DNA from: a virus
Taxonomy: Duplodnaviria; Caudoviricetes
DNA: 54,668 nt
Reading direction: 5' to 3' (one strand)
Virus record (IMG/VR): IMGVR_UViG_3300008450_000051
Span: 1 to 54,668 of that record
Shown: positions 36,956-47,398 of the stretch, piece after piece
Layout of the letters: each line of letters begins with the position of its first letter
Position numbering within the stretch: position 1 is the first letter of the stretch
The notes under the pieces: generated by a model
Database searches by the model: none
What the model was told of the DNA's origin: nothing
Seen by the model: only the letters and a program-made list of their open reading frames with translations
Made by a program: the position numbers and the translations under genes

Positions 36956-37219
36956 TCTGGCTACGTTATCCGGGTGCATGGAGATAGTATCAAGGGGGCC
37001 CCGTAGCTGTGTGAAGGGCGAGACTTCGGCGAGGATTTGATAGGACAGGTCAACACGCGTAAACTGGCGGAAGACCCTCCAAAGGCGATGCCACCAAATA
37101 GGATGGACGGCCTTAACAACCCATAGGGGGGAAGGGGGGTGTGCTCAGGACTTTCTTGGCTTAGATTTAATATCTTCTTTATCTCTTGTTTCTCAGTATC
37201 CTAATTTAATTTGCACTGT

Positions 37220-37381
37220 ATGGAAATGCTATTACGCAAAGATGGTTCTTACTCACGTCGTGGTTTATGGGATAACATCCGTGCCAAGGCTGGTAGTGGT
37301 AAGAAGCCAACCAAGCAAATGTTAAAACAAGAAGCTAAAATTAAAAAAGATGCCTCTAAAAAAAGCAAAGGGAAAAAGTGA
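37220..37381 (+). CDS. small basic protein (53 aa, below cutoff)
   Basis: MEMLLRKDGSYSRRGLWDNIRAKAGSGKKPTKQMLKQEAKIKK... Confidence 0.6.
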   Translation: MEMLLRKDGSYSRRGLWDNIRAKAGSGKKPTKQMLKQEAKIKKDASKKSKGKK

Positions 37382-37523
37382 GCTCCAGTCAGCCATCTCG
37401 GCTAATATCCGTGAATTGATGGCGGATAACAAGAAGAAGGGTAAGGAGAAGGGGGCTGGTGGTAAAGCCAGATCCAAGAAGCAGATCCTTGCTATTGCTA
37501 TATCAGCTGCCAAAGGTAAATGA
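37350..37523 (+). CDS. small basic protein (57 aa, below cutoff)
   Basis: MPLKKAKGKSELQSAISANIREL...KQILAIAISAAKGK*; ATGA overlap with the HNH gene. Confidence 0.6.
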   Translation: MPLKKAKGKSELQSAISANIRELMADNKKKGKEKGAGGKARSKKQILAIAISAAKGK

Positions 37524-37789
37524 GGAAGCACACTAAGGTATACTTAGACTTCTTTGGTTACGGGATGGATAGCTGGATGCCCTGCGAGATGTGCGGATCT
37601 ACGGCTGTGGATGTGCATCATATCGAGGCTCGGGGTATGGGTGGGTCTAAGACAAAGGACGAGATAGATAATCTGATGGGTCTTTGCCGTACATGCCATG
37701 TTGAGTATGGCGACAAGAGGAAGTACATGGACATGCTCCGTGAGGCGCACATGCGTTTTATGGATAAGTATAGTAATTCACATTTGTAG
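37520..37789 (+). CDS. HNH endonuclease
   Basis: CEMC...DVHHI...GMGG...NLMGLCRTCH. Confidence 0.85.
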   Translation: MRKHTKVYLDFFGYGMDSWMPCEMCGSTAVDVHHIEARGMGGSKTKDEIDNLMGLCRTCHVEYGDKRKYMDMLREAHMRFMDKYSNSHL

Positions 37790-37836
37790 ATAAGTAATAT
37801 GGCTGAGATATCCACAAGTTATTGTAATTTAGTCAT

Positions 37837-38406
37837 ATGCAGCCGATCTATAAAATCTTCGTCAAGATTGATAAACGGTTTCAAAACGAAATAGAAACCG
37901 AGTCTGGCTTAAAGCTATACAAGGATACTTCGTTTAGACCTGAGGAGAACTCCACTATCGTTGGTGATGTCGTTGCTGTGCCTGATAAGTATGACAGGGC
38001 TATGGGCTCTGATCAGTTTAAGGCCAATGTCATTGCTGGCGATAAACTATATTTTAATTTCTTGGTGACGGTAGATGAGGAGAATAGAATTGAGGTAGAT
38101 GGTGAGGAGTACTGGATGGTAGATTATTTTAATGCGATCGCGCTGGTGCGTGATGGTGAGCTAATACCAGTTGGAGATTATATTCTTATTGAGCCAATAG
38201 ATGAGAAGATAGAGAGCACGCTAATTATCCCAGAAACTGTAGATAGGGAGGGCAACCGTGGCCGTGTGGTGGCAAGCAACGATGAATCTATTCCAAACGG
38301 ATCGCTGGTGGAGTATGAGGAGGTGGGTAAGTTTTGGAACATCATTGAAGGCAAGAGGGTTTACTGTATGTATAACCAGAACATTTTATTTTTATATAAT
38401 GACTAA
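37837..38406 (+). CDS. GroES-like co-chaperonin (tandem domains)
   Basis: 'ETESGLKL..VGDVVAVP' and 'IPVGDYILIEP...LIIPET...GRVVA' repeats of the GroES fold. Confidence 0.7.
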   Translation: MQPIYKIFVKIDKRFQNEIETESGLKLYKDTSFRPEENSTIVGDVVAVPDKYDRAMGSDQFKANVIAGDKLYFNFLVTVDEENRIEVDGEEYWMVDYFNAIALVRDGELIPVGDYILIEPIDEKIESTLIIPETVDREGNRGRVVASNDESIPNGSLVEYEEVGKFWNIIEGKRVYCMYNQNILFLYND

Positions 38407-38722
38407 GCAACAGATGAAACAGATACGGGAGATCGCCAACCGGTTGCCGGTGGTTTATGAGCAGTGTGCCTCTGGAGGTGAGGTGATTGATAATGGGTTT
38501 ATGCCACATGTTTATAATCACCCTGTCAATCATGTCCGTAGGATGAGGAAGGCGTATGAACAGCTTGGGATGGATGGTATTAGAAAGTATTTAGAAAGTA
38601 TTCACCAACTTCAATTAAAGAGAAATGAAACTCTCAAAGAAGACATCGCAAGTGGTAAGTTCGCACCCCAAGGGGATAGTGTACCAGAAGGTGTGGAGTC
38701 TGTTCCTGAAGATAGGAAGTAG
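38399..38722 (+). CDS. hypothetical protein
   Basis: Likely start MTKQQMKQIRE at 38399, overlapping the GroES stop. Confidence 0.55.
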   Translation: MTKQQMKQIREIANRLPVVYEQCASGGEVIDNGFMPHVYNHPVNHVRRMRKAYEQLGMDGIRKYLESIHQLQLKRNETLKEDIASGKFAPQGDSVPEGVESVPEDRK

Positions 38723-38806
38723 GACCTACTCTTTCCACTTTAGTTATCCCGGGTTAGTAAAGACGTGGGAGGAATGGCAGCATGAGATAGATCTAAACTT
38801 CTACGA

Positions 38807-39304
38807 ATGCTAGACTGCCAGACAGAGCTGGGTGAGTTCTTTATGCAGGAGCAGTACCGGGTACAGGGTGTGCTCGAGACTAGGGGATATACGGTTATTA
38901 ACACCAGTGGTCTGGAGAATAATAGTGATGTGATACTGGCAAAACCAGTTGATGGTAGGTTGACGATTGTTGGTCTTGCTGAGATCAAGTGTAGGAAGAG
39001 TGCAGGTGGTGTGCCACTGACTAGGGAATACTTGAGTAACAATGGCGGTTATCTTATAACCAACCAGAAGCTGAAGTATGGCGGGTTTGCTAGCTCTTTA
39101 TATAGAGTGCCGTTCTTTGTTATTGTATCACTGATGGAAGAAAGTGTGATACTGGTTTGGCAGATAACGGATAGTAAGGGCAACTTCGTGGAGAAGTATG
39201 AGATTAAGAAAACGGTTACTAGGAAGACGGTGAACGGTGGTGAGATTGCTAGAGAGAATGCCTTCCTTCCTATTAACTCAAAATATTTGACAACCATTGA
39301 GTAA
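38807..39304 (+). CDS. PD-(D/E)xK nuclease-like protein
   Basis: 'SDVIL....LAEIKCR' motif. Confidence 0.6.
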   Translation: MLDCQTELGEFFMQEQYRVQGVLETRGYTVINTSGLENNSDVILAKPVDGRLTIVGLAEIKCRKSAGGVPLTREYLSNNGGYLITNQKLKYGGFASSLYRVPFFVIVSLMEESVILVWQITDSKGNFVEKYEIKKTVTRKTVNGGEIARENAFLPINSKYLTTIE

Positions 39305-39662
39305 GGGAGTAGCCGCCGAGGTTTTGTTTGATTACCATATTATTGAACGTGGTATGATGACAGCTCGCCCAATATATGATTCTGGTTATGATCGCATTGT
39401 TGATCATAAAGGGAATCTAACACGGGTGCAGATCAAGATGACGACCTATAAACAAAGTGGTTCCTTCTGGGTATCTACTAGTGGTGTAAAGAGGAGAAGG
39501 TATGTTAATGAGTTTGATGTACTGGCTGTTTATATAAAGCCAGAGTGCGCTTGGTTATTAATGCCATTCTCTGAAATAACTGGTAGCGCAATGCGGGTAA
39601 GGGTTGATCGTAGGTTTGAAAAGTATGTAAACAATTGGGGAATATTCTATGCGAAGAACTAA
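39297..39662 (+). CDS. PD-(D/E)xK endonuclease (I-Ssp6803I-like family)
   Basis: 'KGVAAE', 'YDRIVD..GNLTRVQIK', 'Y..EFDVLAVY'. Confidence 0.7.
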   Translation: MSKGVAAEVLFDYHIIERGMMTARPIYDSGYDRIVDHKGNLTRVQIKMTTYKQSGSFWVSTSGVKRRRYVNEFDVLAVYIKPECAWLLMPFSEITGSAMRVRVDRRFEKYVNNWGIFYAKN

Positions 39663-40095
39663 AAATATAAAGATAAACATGTACCAGTGTGCGGTGCATT
39701 TTATCCTTACCGATGATCTCGCTAAGGAATATAACCGCATTTATCGTAAGCATAAGGAGCTACCCGTGTATCCAGCTGAGGATGGGGAGGCATGGACGCT
39801 TACCTTTGATATATCTGATTATTATATACTAGTATCGGAGAAACACAAGTTTGTTAATACAATAGCGCACGAGGTCTATCATGTCGTCTATAGCATACTA
39901 AATGATAGAGATATCGATGATGAGGAAAATGGTGCTTGGCTATGTGGTATGCTTATTGATGAGGCATTTAAATTTTATTTTAAAACTAAGGATAATGGCA
40001 TTCATAGACCGGTTCGTAAGACTGAAGGTGATGTTGGAGGGGCCGTCGGGGTCAGCTCTGATAACACACGTCTACATAAATCCAATGACAATTGA
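39649..40095 (+). CDS. HExxH metallopeptidase-like protein
   Basis: 'TIAHEVYH...DEENGAWL'. Confidence 0.6.
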   Translation: MRRTKNIKINMYQCAVHFILTDDLAKEYNRIYRKHKELPVYPAEDGEAWTLTFDISDYYILVSEKHKFVNTIAHEVYHVVYSILNDRDIDDEENGAWLCGMLIDEAFKFYFKTKDNGIHRPVRKTEGDVGGAVGVSSDNTRLHKSNDN

Positions 40096-40243
40096 CGCCT
40101 TCACGGAGGAGCTTGTAACCTATGACCTAGAGTATGAGAAGGGAGTAGAGCAAGACGCAGTTCGTGTTTGGACAAAGCATGATATACATCTTGTACTCAT
40201 GCATATAGATGATTTTATGGAGATGCTAAATAAAAAATATTGA
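39995..40243 (+). CDS. hypothetical protein
   Basis: Likely start MAFIDRFVRL; coupled to the glycosyltransferase. Confidence 0.45.
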   Translation: MAFIDRFVRLKVMLEGPSGSALITHVYINPMTIDAFTEELVTYDLEYEKGVEQDAVRVWTKHDIHLVLMHIDDFMEMLNKKY

Positions 40244-41226
40244 AGGTACTATCTTGGATAAAAGCGTTAGATGGTTGTTCATACCATAGAGTGTTTATGC
40301 CTAACAATAGTATAGACGCTGAGGTGAGGACTGTATCTAATCTAAAAGAAGAGGATCTTAAATGGTGTGATATACTGCACTATTCTAGGCATGTAATGAT
40401 ATCGCCTGTGTTCTTATCTCAGCAGGCTAAGAAATATAATGTTAAGGTGGTGGTGGATACGGATGACTGGTGGGAGGTTGGCAAGGATCATCCAAAGTAT
40501 CACATGTGGAAGAAGAGCGATGTTGGATTACAGATCAGACAACATATAATGTATGCAAGTGCTGTTACTACTATTCACGATAGACTGGCGGTTATTATAC
40601 CAAATGACAAAGTATTCGTACTACCGAATGCGCTTAATTATGGCGTCGGTCAGTTTAGAGAACACGAGCTGCCGAAATCTGAGAAGGTAAGATTGCTGTA
40701 CGCTAGCTCTGCTATGAACTACGCTAATACCTTTTTAATTGCAGAGGCTATGAAATCTCTCACGCACCTACCTATTGAGTGGGTGATAGCTGGATATGTA
40801 GAGGGAGATGTGTACGATGTGATTATAAAAAATCTTACGGCAGATGGTAAGATCCCATACTCTACTGTTGAGTGGACGGACACGGAGAATTATATGAGCA
40901 GCTATAAGGGTGACATCCTTGTTGTTCCCAGTAAGGATAGTTTATTTAATTCTTACAAGAGTAATATTAAAGTGCTAGAAGCAGCTGCTCTAAATATCCC
41001 GGTGCTTGTTAGTAGGGCTGAACCATACTTATGGATGAAGGCTAATTACTTCTCTGGTGATAAGGAGTTCGTATCTGAATTAACCAGACTAGTAAACTCC
41101 GAGGAATACAGAAAAACATCTGCACAGCGTAACCGTGAGTTCTGTTTAGAGAATTATAGTTTAGATAATTGGGCGGATAAAAGATTAAAGATATACGAAC
41201 AAATACTGAATGATACCAGAAGTTGA
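40240..41226 (+). CDS. GT-B fold glycosyltransferase
   Basis: 'GCSYHRVFMP', 'VDTDD', 'VLPNA', 'FNSYKSNIKVLEAAALNIPVLVS...PY'. Confidence 0.85.
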   Translation: MKVLSWIKALDGCSYHRVFMPNNSIDAEVRTVSNLKEEDLKWCDILHYSRHVMISPVFLSQQAKKYNVKVVVDTDDWWEVGKDHPKYHMWKKSDVGLQIRQHIMYASAVTTIHDRLAVIIPNDKVFVLPNALNYGVGQFREHELPKSEKVRLLYASSAMNYANTFLIAEAMKSLTHLPIEWVIAGYVEGDVYDVIIKNLTADGKIPYSTVEWTDTENYMSSYKGDILVVPSKDSLFNSYKSNIKVLEAAALNIPVLVSRAEPYLWMKANYFSGDKEFVSELTRLVNSEEYRKTSAQRNREFCLENYSLDNWADKRLKIYEQILNDTRS

Positions 41227-41815
41227 TTATAAAAAGATGGAGTTTAACCCCACGGTTAAAAAACCTTTGTTTTCGTCGTACCCTAAATTAGTCCAAATTT
41301 TAGGCAAAGCAGACGACAAGCTAACGCGTTATGTATTACTCATGTATGATATGAATTCGCCCCTTCGTGAGTACTATCCAGAAATATCGAAGCGTAAGCA
41401 ATTCGCTGCTTCTATCGCTGGATTTGATTTAGATACAGAAGATGTTACTGGGTTGTTTGACTTTAAAGTAAAGGTGGATGATGAAGAGGTGCCATATGAG
41501 GAGCTTCTTAATTTGATCGTTAAATACTTGAAGTATCAGAATAACTATGTATGGTCTATGATCGTAAGTAACGAACAGGCATTCTATGAGTTTAACAAAA
41601 GAGTGATGCTGCCAGTTGATGGCAATAGGGATAAAGATATCCTACAGGCCATTACTATTAAGACGCAGATCATGACGGCTCAGGATGAGATTGTTCAGAG
41701 ACTACAAAGATATCTACGTCAGTTAACTGGTGAGGATGATCAGTTAGAAGAGGCAATGACTAAACGTAAACGAATTCGACCAGAAGATATCGCCAATGTT
41801 CAAAGCAATAAGTAA
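41210..41815 (+). CDS. putative terminase small subunit
   Basis: 201 aa helical protein directly upstream of and overlapping the large subunit; positional inference. Confidence 0.5.
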   Translation: MIPEVDYKKMEFNPTVKKPLFSSYPKLVQILGKADDKLTRYVLLMYDMNSPLREYYPEISKRKQFAASIAGFDLDTEDVTGLFDFKVKVDDEEVPYEELLNLIVKYLKYQNNYVWSMIVSNEQAFYEFNKRVMLPVDGNRDKDILQAITIKTQIMTAQDEIVQRLQRYLRQLTGEDDQLEEAMTKRKRIRPEDIANVQSNK

Positions 41816-43799
41816 CGGTTCTAAAGAAAATATACAGGGGTTGGTGTGCCACATACCCCCACCCGGTTTTGTATTTAATATACTAAATGGGGAATTAGAG
41901 GAGCGATCTGTATACGCTAGGTCCCCAAAGAAAGCAGAACAGTACTTTGAGAATACGCCACTGCCAAAGGATTATGCAAAGCTTAGAGCAAAGGAGCAGC
42001 AAAGACAGAATGAGGACCCAGAGTATTTTGATCCTAAGCTAGAGCAGTTCCGTCAGCAGGAATGGGATCGTAGGCTTAATGGTTACTGGTTTTATAATAA
42101 CGGCGCTCCTACCTACATTACAGGTCTGCACTACTTCTATTTAAATTACTGGAATCTAGATACCGGTCTGCCAAAGTATAGGGATACTGATAGAAAGTAT
42201 TTCTACTTCATGCAGTACTGCATTGAAGACCCAGAGTGTATGGGCATGGTTGAGATTACGAAGCGTCGTCAGGGTAAGACATTCCGTGGAGGTGTGTTCT
42301 TGTATGAGTATCCTTCTAGAACTAATAATGCAAAGTCTGGTATCCAGTCTAAGACTGGTGCCGATGCTAAGGAAGTATTTCGTAAGGCTGTGATCCAGCC
42401 ATTTAAAAAGCTTCCCGACTTCTTCGTACCCATCTTTGATACCTCTAAGGGTTTAACCCCGACCTCGGAACTTCGATTCTATCAAACCACTGTTAAGGGT
42501 AGAAGGGCTAATACGATTAAGGATGAGCATGAGCTGGAGTCGGCAATCGACTGGAAGACGTCTGAGGCAATATCTTATGACGGTCAGAAGCTGCACAGGT
42601 ATTTAGGTGATGAGGTTGGTAAGACGATGGAGGTGGATGTGTGGAATAGGTGGCTGGTTACAAAGTACTGTCATCTAGATGATGAAGGTAGGATTATTGG
42701 TAAGGCTTTATTAACCACTACGGTTGAGGATATGGATCAGGGTGGTGCTCCTTTTAAGAAGATATGGGAGAACTCCGATCAGAATAATAAACAGGGAAAG
42801 AGAACTGCATCTGGGCTTTATCGTTACTTCTGTAGTGCAGCAGAGACTAGGTATTATAATCAGTATGGTATAGCGGATAGGATTAGGGCTGAGCAGGAGA
42901 TTAGGGATGAGAGGAAGCTGTTAGCGCATGACCCCCGAGCCCTCAGCTCGATTATCCGAAAGGAACCAATTGAGTGGGAGGAAGCCTTCAGGATCGACGG
43001 AAGTAAGTGCCTATATAACCCTGAGCTGCTGAATGAAAGAATGGATAGGCTAAGTTGGAAGGATAATTTGACAACAAGAGGTAACTTTGTCTGGCTGAAT
43101 GGTGACCGCGATTCTCGGGTTGTTTTTGAACCATCAAAGACAGGCCGGTGGGAGGTCACGAAGCTATTTGAAAAGGAAGAGGAGAGCAACAATGTTAGAA
43201 AGAATGGCGGTTTATTCTACCCGTCTAACGGTCTGAACTTTGTTATTGGTGTGGACCCTGTGGACCACAACGTAACCGAGGATGGACGGAGATCTAATGG
43301 GGCTGGCATGGTACTACAGAAGTATAGCGCGGCTCGGGAGAACGACATCTATAACTATGCATTCGTTGCTAAGTACGCCTACCGTCCAGAATCAGTCCAG
43401 ATATTCTATGAGGATATGATTAAGATGGCAGTGTACTATGGTGCCCCAGTTTTGTTTGAGAACCAGAAAATCGGTCTCATGCACTACTTCGACGATAGGG
43501 GGTATGCGCCATTCCTGATGTGGTTGCCGGAGAGGAACCAGCCGGGTATTGCAGCCAGTGCTAAGACGCACCAGCAGATAGCCGAGCTGACGGAGGATTA
43601 TATCAACAAGATGCATGATCGGGTTTATTTTAAGGACCTGATCCAAGACTGGCTAGAGTTTGATATATCCAAGACAACCAAGTTTGACTTGGCCATGGCA
43701 GCGGGGTACGCCCTAATTGCAGACCAAGTTAAAGTGAATGTGAAAGGAACTGGTCAGATACGAGACGTGTCTGATTATTTTAGGAAGAATAAAATATAA
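41796..43799 (+). CDS. terL: terminase large subunit
   Basis: Walker A 'KRRQGKT', Walker B 'YLGDEVGK', RNase H-like 'IGVDPVD', 'FENQK', C-terminal 'FDLAMA'. Confidence 0.92.
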   Translation: MFKAISNGSKENIQGLVCHIPPPGFVFNILNGELEERSVYARSPKKAEQYFENTPLPKDYAKLRAKEQQRQNEDPEYFDPKLEQFRQQEWDRRLNGYWFYNNGAPTYITGLHYFYLNYWNLDTGLPKYRDTDRKYFYFMQYCIEDPECMGMVEITKRRQGKTFRGGVFLYEYPSRTNNAKSGIQSKTGADAKEVFRKAVIQPFKKLPDFFVPIFDTSKGLTPTSELRFYQTTVKGRRANTIKDEHELESAIDWKTSEAISYDGQKLHRYLGDEVGKTMEVDVWNRWLVTKYCHLDDEGRIIGKALLTTTVEDMDQGGAPFKKIWENSDQNNKQGKRTASGLYRYFCSAAETRYYNQYGIADRIRAEQEIRDERKLLAHDPRALSSIIRKEPIEWEEAFRIDGSKCLYNPELLNERMDRLSWKDNLTTRGNFVWLNGDRDSRVVFEPSKTGRWEVTKLFEKEEESNNVRKNGGLFYPSNGLNFVIGVDPVDHNVTEDGRRSNGAGMVLQKYSAARENDIYNYAFVAKYAYRPESVQIFYEDMIKMAVYYGAPVLFENQKIGLMHYFDDRGYAPFLMWLPERNQPGIAASAKTHQQIAELTEDYINKMHDRVYFKDLIQDWLEFDISKTTKFDLAMAAGYALIADQVKVNVKGTGQIRDVSDYFRKNKI

Positions 43800-43801
43800 A
43801 A

Positions 43802-46306
43802 ATGGACAAACTCCAGAAGACTGATTTTCCAAGTCACCTCATCGATCCAAGAGAAAAGGGTCGCGACTGGGTTCTTCAGTATTGTAAAGCAGCGTGGAGC
43901 TCTTTCGAGAACGATCTACCGCGCGAGATCTTTTACCATGCCCGCTACCGTTATGAGGTAATCATGCAGTATGCTGTTGGTAATCAATCAATTAACAAGT
44001 ATAAGCCGTTGATGCAAGTTGATGATGCATCTAACGAAGATTGGCTAAACATCGACTGGTCAGTCCTACCAATCGTTCCAAAGTTTAGAAGAATAGCTTT
44101 AGGTAAATTAAACAAAGTTGGATATAATATTGTCGCTACTCCGGTTGACTCCTTGGCTAATGAAGAGATTCAGGATTACTTTGCTAATCTTAAAGCTAAG
44201 ATTCAGCTTCGTGAAGAGGCGGCTAAGCTTGACCCTTCCTTGGTGGATTCGCCAGCGCTTCAGCTGTTGCCTAACGAGGCAAAGGATATGGAGGAGCTAG
44301 AGATGCAGATGAACTACACGTTCAAGCATCAGATGGCTATCGAGGCCGAGCAGGGTATCAAACTTGTTCTTGAGCAGAACCAAATCGAGAAGCTTCGTGA
44401 AGGTGTGCGTCAGGATTTGTTTGACTACGGAGTTGCTGGTTATAAAGAATATATTGATAGCAATGGCGCTATTAAAGTAAGAAAGGTTAACCCTAGAAAT
44501 ATTCTTATCAATAACTGTAAGAATAAAGATTTCTCTGATGCCTCTTATATCGGTGAGATTACCGAGATGACAATCTCTGATTTAAAGCAGATGGCTGGTA
44601 ATCAGTTTACCGAAGAGGAGTATGAGCAGATCGCCAAGAAACATATCGGCTATTTAGGTAATCCATCTGAATGGCCTTCTTCATTATCTATATATAATAA
44701 AGGCTATGATAGATTTAGGATTCGTATTCTTGACTTGGAGTTCTTTTCTGTTAATGAAATGGTCTTTGAAAGCCGTGTTGACAGGAGGGGTAACAAAGTT
44801 TATGCTCGTGGTAAATATGATGATAAGAATAAAAGAAAAGATAAGTTTGAACGCGTAGCATACAAGGTGGTATATAAAGGTAAATGGATTATTGGTACAG
44901 ACTATCTATTTGATTTTGGTTTGTGTACTAATATGAAGCGTGCCAAATCATCTCTGATGGATACTCAGCTCAGCTATCATTTGATTGCTCCTGAGTTCTG
45001 GGATATGAAGGCGTATGGTATTATGCAGCACTTAATCCCAATGGCTGATGCTATTCAGATTGCCTTCTATCGTTTACAAAATGCAATCAATCAAGCTAGA
45101 CCTAAGGGTATCATGATTGAGATGGGGGCGCTAGAGGATATCCCACTTGGTGCTGGAGGAAAGAGATTGACTCCAATGAAGGTGTTGGATCTATATAATA
45201 AAACTGGTACGCTTGTATATCGTAAGAGCGACCAGCAGGGACGTATGACCAACTATAAGCCAATTGAAGAATTGGAGAATGGTATCGGTCGTGATGTTAT
45301 GAATTACTGGCAGATCATTCAAAATAATATCCAGCTCATCCGTGATGTAACTGGTATGAATGAAATGACTGATGGTTCTACCCCCGATCCTCGCACACTT
45401 ACTACAGTTGCTAAGTTAGCATATGAAGGAACTAATAACGCATTAACTAGTATTGTACATGGTGAAAAGCAATTACTAGAATCACTTGCAAACTCTGTTA
45501 TCCTTAGACTACAGGATGTGTCTTCTAGTGGAGAAGTTAAGGGTTATGTTCGTGCGCTTGGTTCTAATACTATGAAGTTCTTTAAGACTTCTCCGCACTT
45601 AGCTCTTTACGAGTTTGGTATCTTCTTAGAAGATAAGCCAACTGATGATGAGCGTGCTATGTTGCAACAACAAGTAATGGCTGGGCAGGCTAATGGACTA
45701 CTTGATATAGAAGATGCTATTATTATTCAGAACACTGATAACCTAAAGGTTGCTCAGCAGTTACTGGCATATAAGATTAAGAAGCGTCGTCAAGAAGAGG
45801 AAGATAAGGCTATGCGCCAGCAGCAGATGAATGCTCAAGTACAACAGCAGTCAGCTATGGTTGCCGAGCAGGCTAAGCAGCAGACTATTCAAACTGAAGG
45901 TCAGGTTAAGAGTCAGCTTATCCAATTAGAGAAGGAGTATGATGCTAAGATCCTAGAGATGAAATATCAATATGAAATGAAGCTCGAGGAGATGCGCATG
46001 AAGGGTAAGGTTGAAACAAAGAAGGTTGAGAACAAGGGTAAGAAGAGTGTGACAAAGATTAAGATGGGTCAACCAGATACGGATACTGAAGAGCCTGTAG
46101 AGGCAATGGCTGTTGAAGAGGAGATGTTAATGGTACCTGAACAGGCAATGCCACAAGAACAGATGCCACAACAGATGACGCAACAGGCGATGCCAGAGGA
46201 GGAAGAAGAAGCTGGAGAGGAAGAAGAGAACGAGGTAGAAAATGAAGAGGGAGGAGAAGAGAATGAGATGGAAGGTGGAGAAGAAATGGAAGGGGAAGAA
46301 AAATAA
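43802..46306 (+). CDS. portal protein
   Basis: 834 aa after terL; 'IDWSVLPIVPKF', 'IRDVTGMNE', Q-rich coiled barrel and acidic tail as in P22/crAss-type portals. Confidence 0.85.
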   Translation: MDKLQKTDFPSHLIDPREKGRDWVLQYCKAAWSSFENDLPREIFYHARYRYEVIMQYAVGNQSINKYKPLMQVDDASNEDWLNIDWSVLPIVPKFRRIALGKLNKVGYNIVATPVDSLANEEIQDYFANLKAKIQLREEAAKLDPSLVDSPALQLLPNEAKDMEELEMQMNYTFKHQMAIEAEQGIKLVLEQNQIEKLREGVRQDLFDYGVAGYKEYIDSNGAIKVRKVNPRNILINNCKNKDFSDASYIGEITEMTISDLKQMAGNQFTEEEYEQIAKKHIGYLGNPSEWPSSLSIYNKGYDRFRIRILDLEFFSVNEMVFESRVDRRGNKVYARGKYDDKNKRKDKFERVAYKVVYKGKWIIGTDYLFDFGLCTNMKRAKSSLMDTQLSYHLIAPEFWDMKAYGIMQHLIPMADAIQIAFYRLQNAINQARPKGIMIEMGALEDIPLGAGGKRLTPMKVLDLYNKTGTLVYRKSDQQGRMTNYKPIEELENGIGRDVMNYWQIIQNNIQLIRDVTGMNEMTDGSTPDPRTLTTVAKLAYEGTNNALTSIVHGEKQLLESLANSVILRLQDVSSSGEVKGYVRALGSNTMKFFKTSPHLALYEFGIFLEDKPTDDERAMLQQQVMAGQANGLLDIEDAIIIQNTDNLKVAQQLLAYKIKKRRQEEEDKAMRQQQMNAQVQQQSAMVAEQAKQQTIQTEGQVKSQLIQLEKEYDAKILEMKYQYEMKLEEMRMKGKVETKKVENKGKKSVTKIKMGQPDTDTEEPVEAMAVEEEMLMVPEQAMPQEQMPQQMTQQAMPEEEEEAGEEEENEVENEEGGEENEMEGGEEMEGEEK

Positions 46307-46374
46307 TTCTACCCCCATAATCCATTGTTATTCAAAACCTTTGGTAAAACTTTGCATAACCAAATAATATAAAT

Positions 46375-47373
46375 ATGAGTGATGAACTGAATTTCAACGA
46401 GTTGTCATTAAATGATATTACCGTTGGAGGAAAACCTATAGTAGAAGCTGCGCCAGAACAGGCACCAGAAGAAACTAAAACAGAACCTACCCAAGAACAA
46501 CAGGCTCCCGTAGAGACTGAGCAGAAGGTAGAAGCCCCTGCCGAAGAAGAGGTTGTCGGCAAGGCAAGACAAGTGGCCCCCAGTTATGAATTCAAAGATG
46601 ACTTCATTAAGGGTGCCGTTGAGTATTATGAGAAGACAGGTGATTTGACACCATATCTTCAAGCTAAAACTGTAGATTTTTCTACTATGGATGATGCGGC
46701 GATTATGAGACGTAATCTCCGCGAACAGTATCCAGATGTTTCTGAAAAGGCGTTTGATCGTCTTTTCCAGCAGCAGGTAGTTGATAAGTTTAAGCTTGAC
46801 CCAGAGCAGTGGGGAGAAGATGACGTAGAGCTTGGGAAAGAACTCCTAAGATCTGAAGCTCATAAACTCCGCACACAGTACATGGACTGGCAGAAAAAAT
46901 TTGTGGCTCCGGAACCACAAGCTGATCCAGAAGCTGAAGCTCAAGAATCTGCAATGCAGGAAGCGCTAGCTCAATTTGAGAAAGCGGTAACTGAGAATTC
47001 TCTAACCAAGTCTATACTAGAAGCTAAGAGACTTAGCATAAAGACTGGCGATGATGAGTTCAATTATGAGTTGCAGAGTCCTCAAGATATGGTTGAGATG
47101 ACACTGGATAATAACAAGTTCTTTCAACAGTTCGCGTCTGGTGAAGGCCAATTAGATTATAGTAAATGGTATAAGACCGTCGCCTATAGTCAGAATCCTG
47201 AGCAATTTGAACGTGCCTTGATTAATTTTGGTAAGACACTTGGTAGGTCTGAAGTGACGAAAGAAATTAAGAACCCATCTACTACCCCTGTAGGTGATGT
47301 TCCAACAGAAAGTTCGGGAGACTTTACAACAGGTCTTCTTCAAGCTTTCGCAAGTAGGGGGATTTCAAAATAA
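46375..47373 (+). CDS. putative scaffolding protein
   Basis: Acidic, E/P-rich N-terminus, between portal and capsid. Confidence 0.65.
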   Translation: MSDELNFNELSLNDITVGGKPIVEAAPEQAPEETKTEPTQEQQAPVETEQKVEAPAEEEVVGKARQVAPSYEFKDDFIKGAVEYYEKTGDLTPYLQAKTVDFSTMDDAAIMRRNLREQYPDVSEKAFDRLFQQQVVDKFKLDPEQWGEDDVELGKELLRSEAHKLRTQYMDWQKKFVAPEPQADPEAEAQESAMQEALAQFEKAVTENSLTKSILEAKRLSIKTGDDEFNYELQSPQDMVEMTLDNNKFFQQFASGEGQLDYSKWYKTVAYSQNPEQFERALINFGKTLGRSEVTKEIKNPSTTPVGDVPTESSGDFTTGLLQAFASRGISK

Positions 47374-47398
47374 TTTATAACAAAAAAAATAATTAATC

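Noticed and set aside
36960-37100. Short words shared with 27140-27400 (GAGACTTCG, TGATAGGA, GAAGACC)
   Set aside because: They occur in a different order and cannot be aligned; likely chance
46080-46306. Purine-rich low-complexity tract as a DNA repeat element
   Set aside because: Encodes the Glu/Gln-rich C-terminal tail of the portal protein
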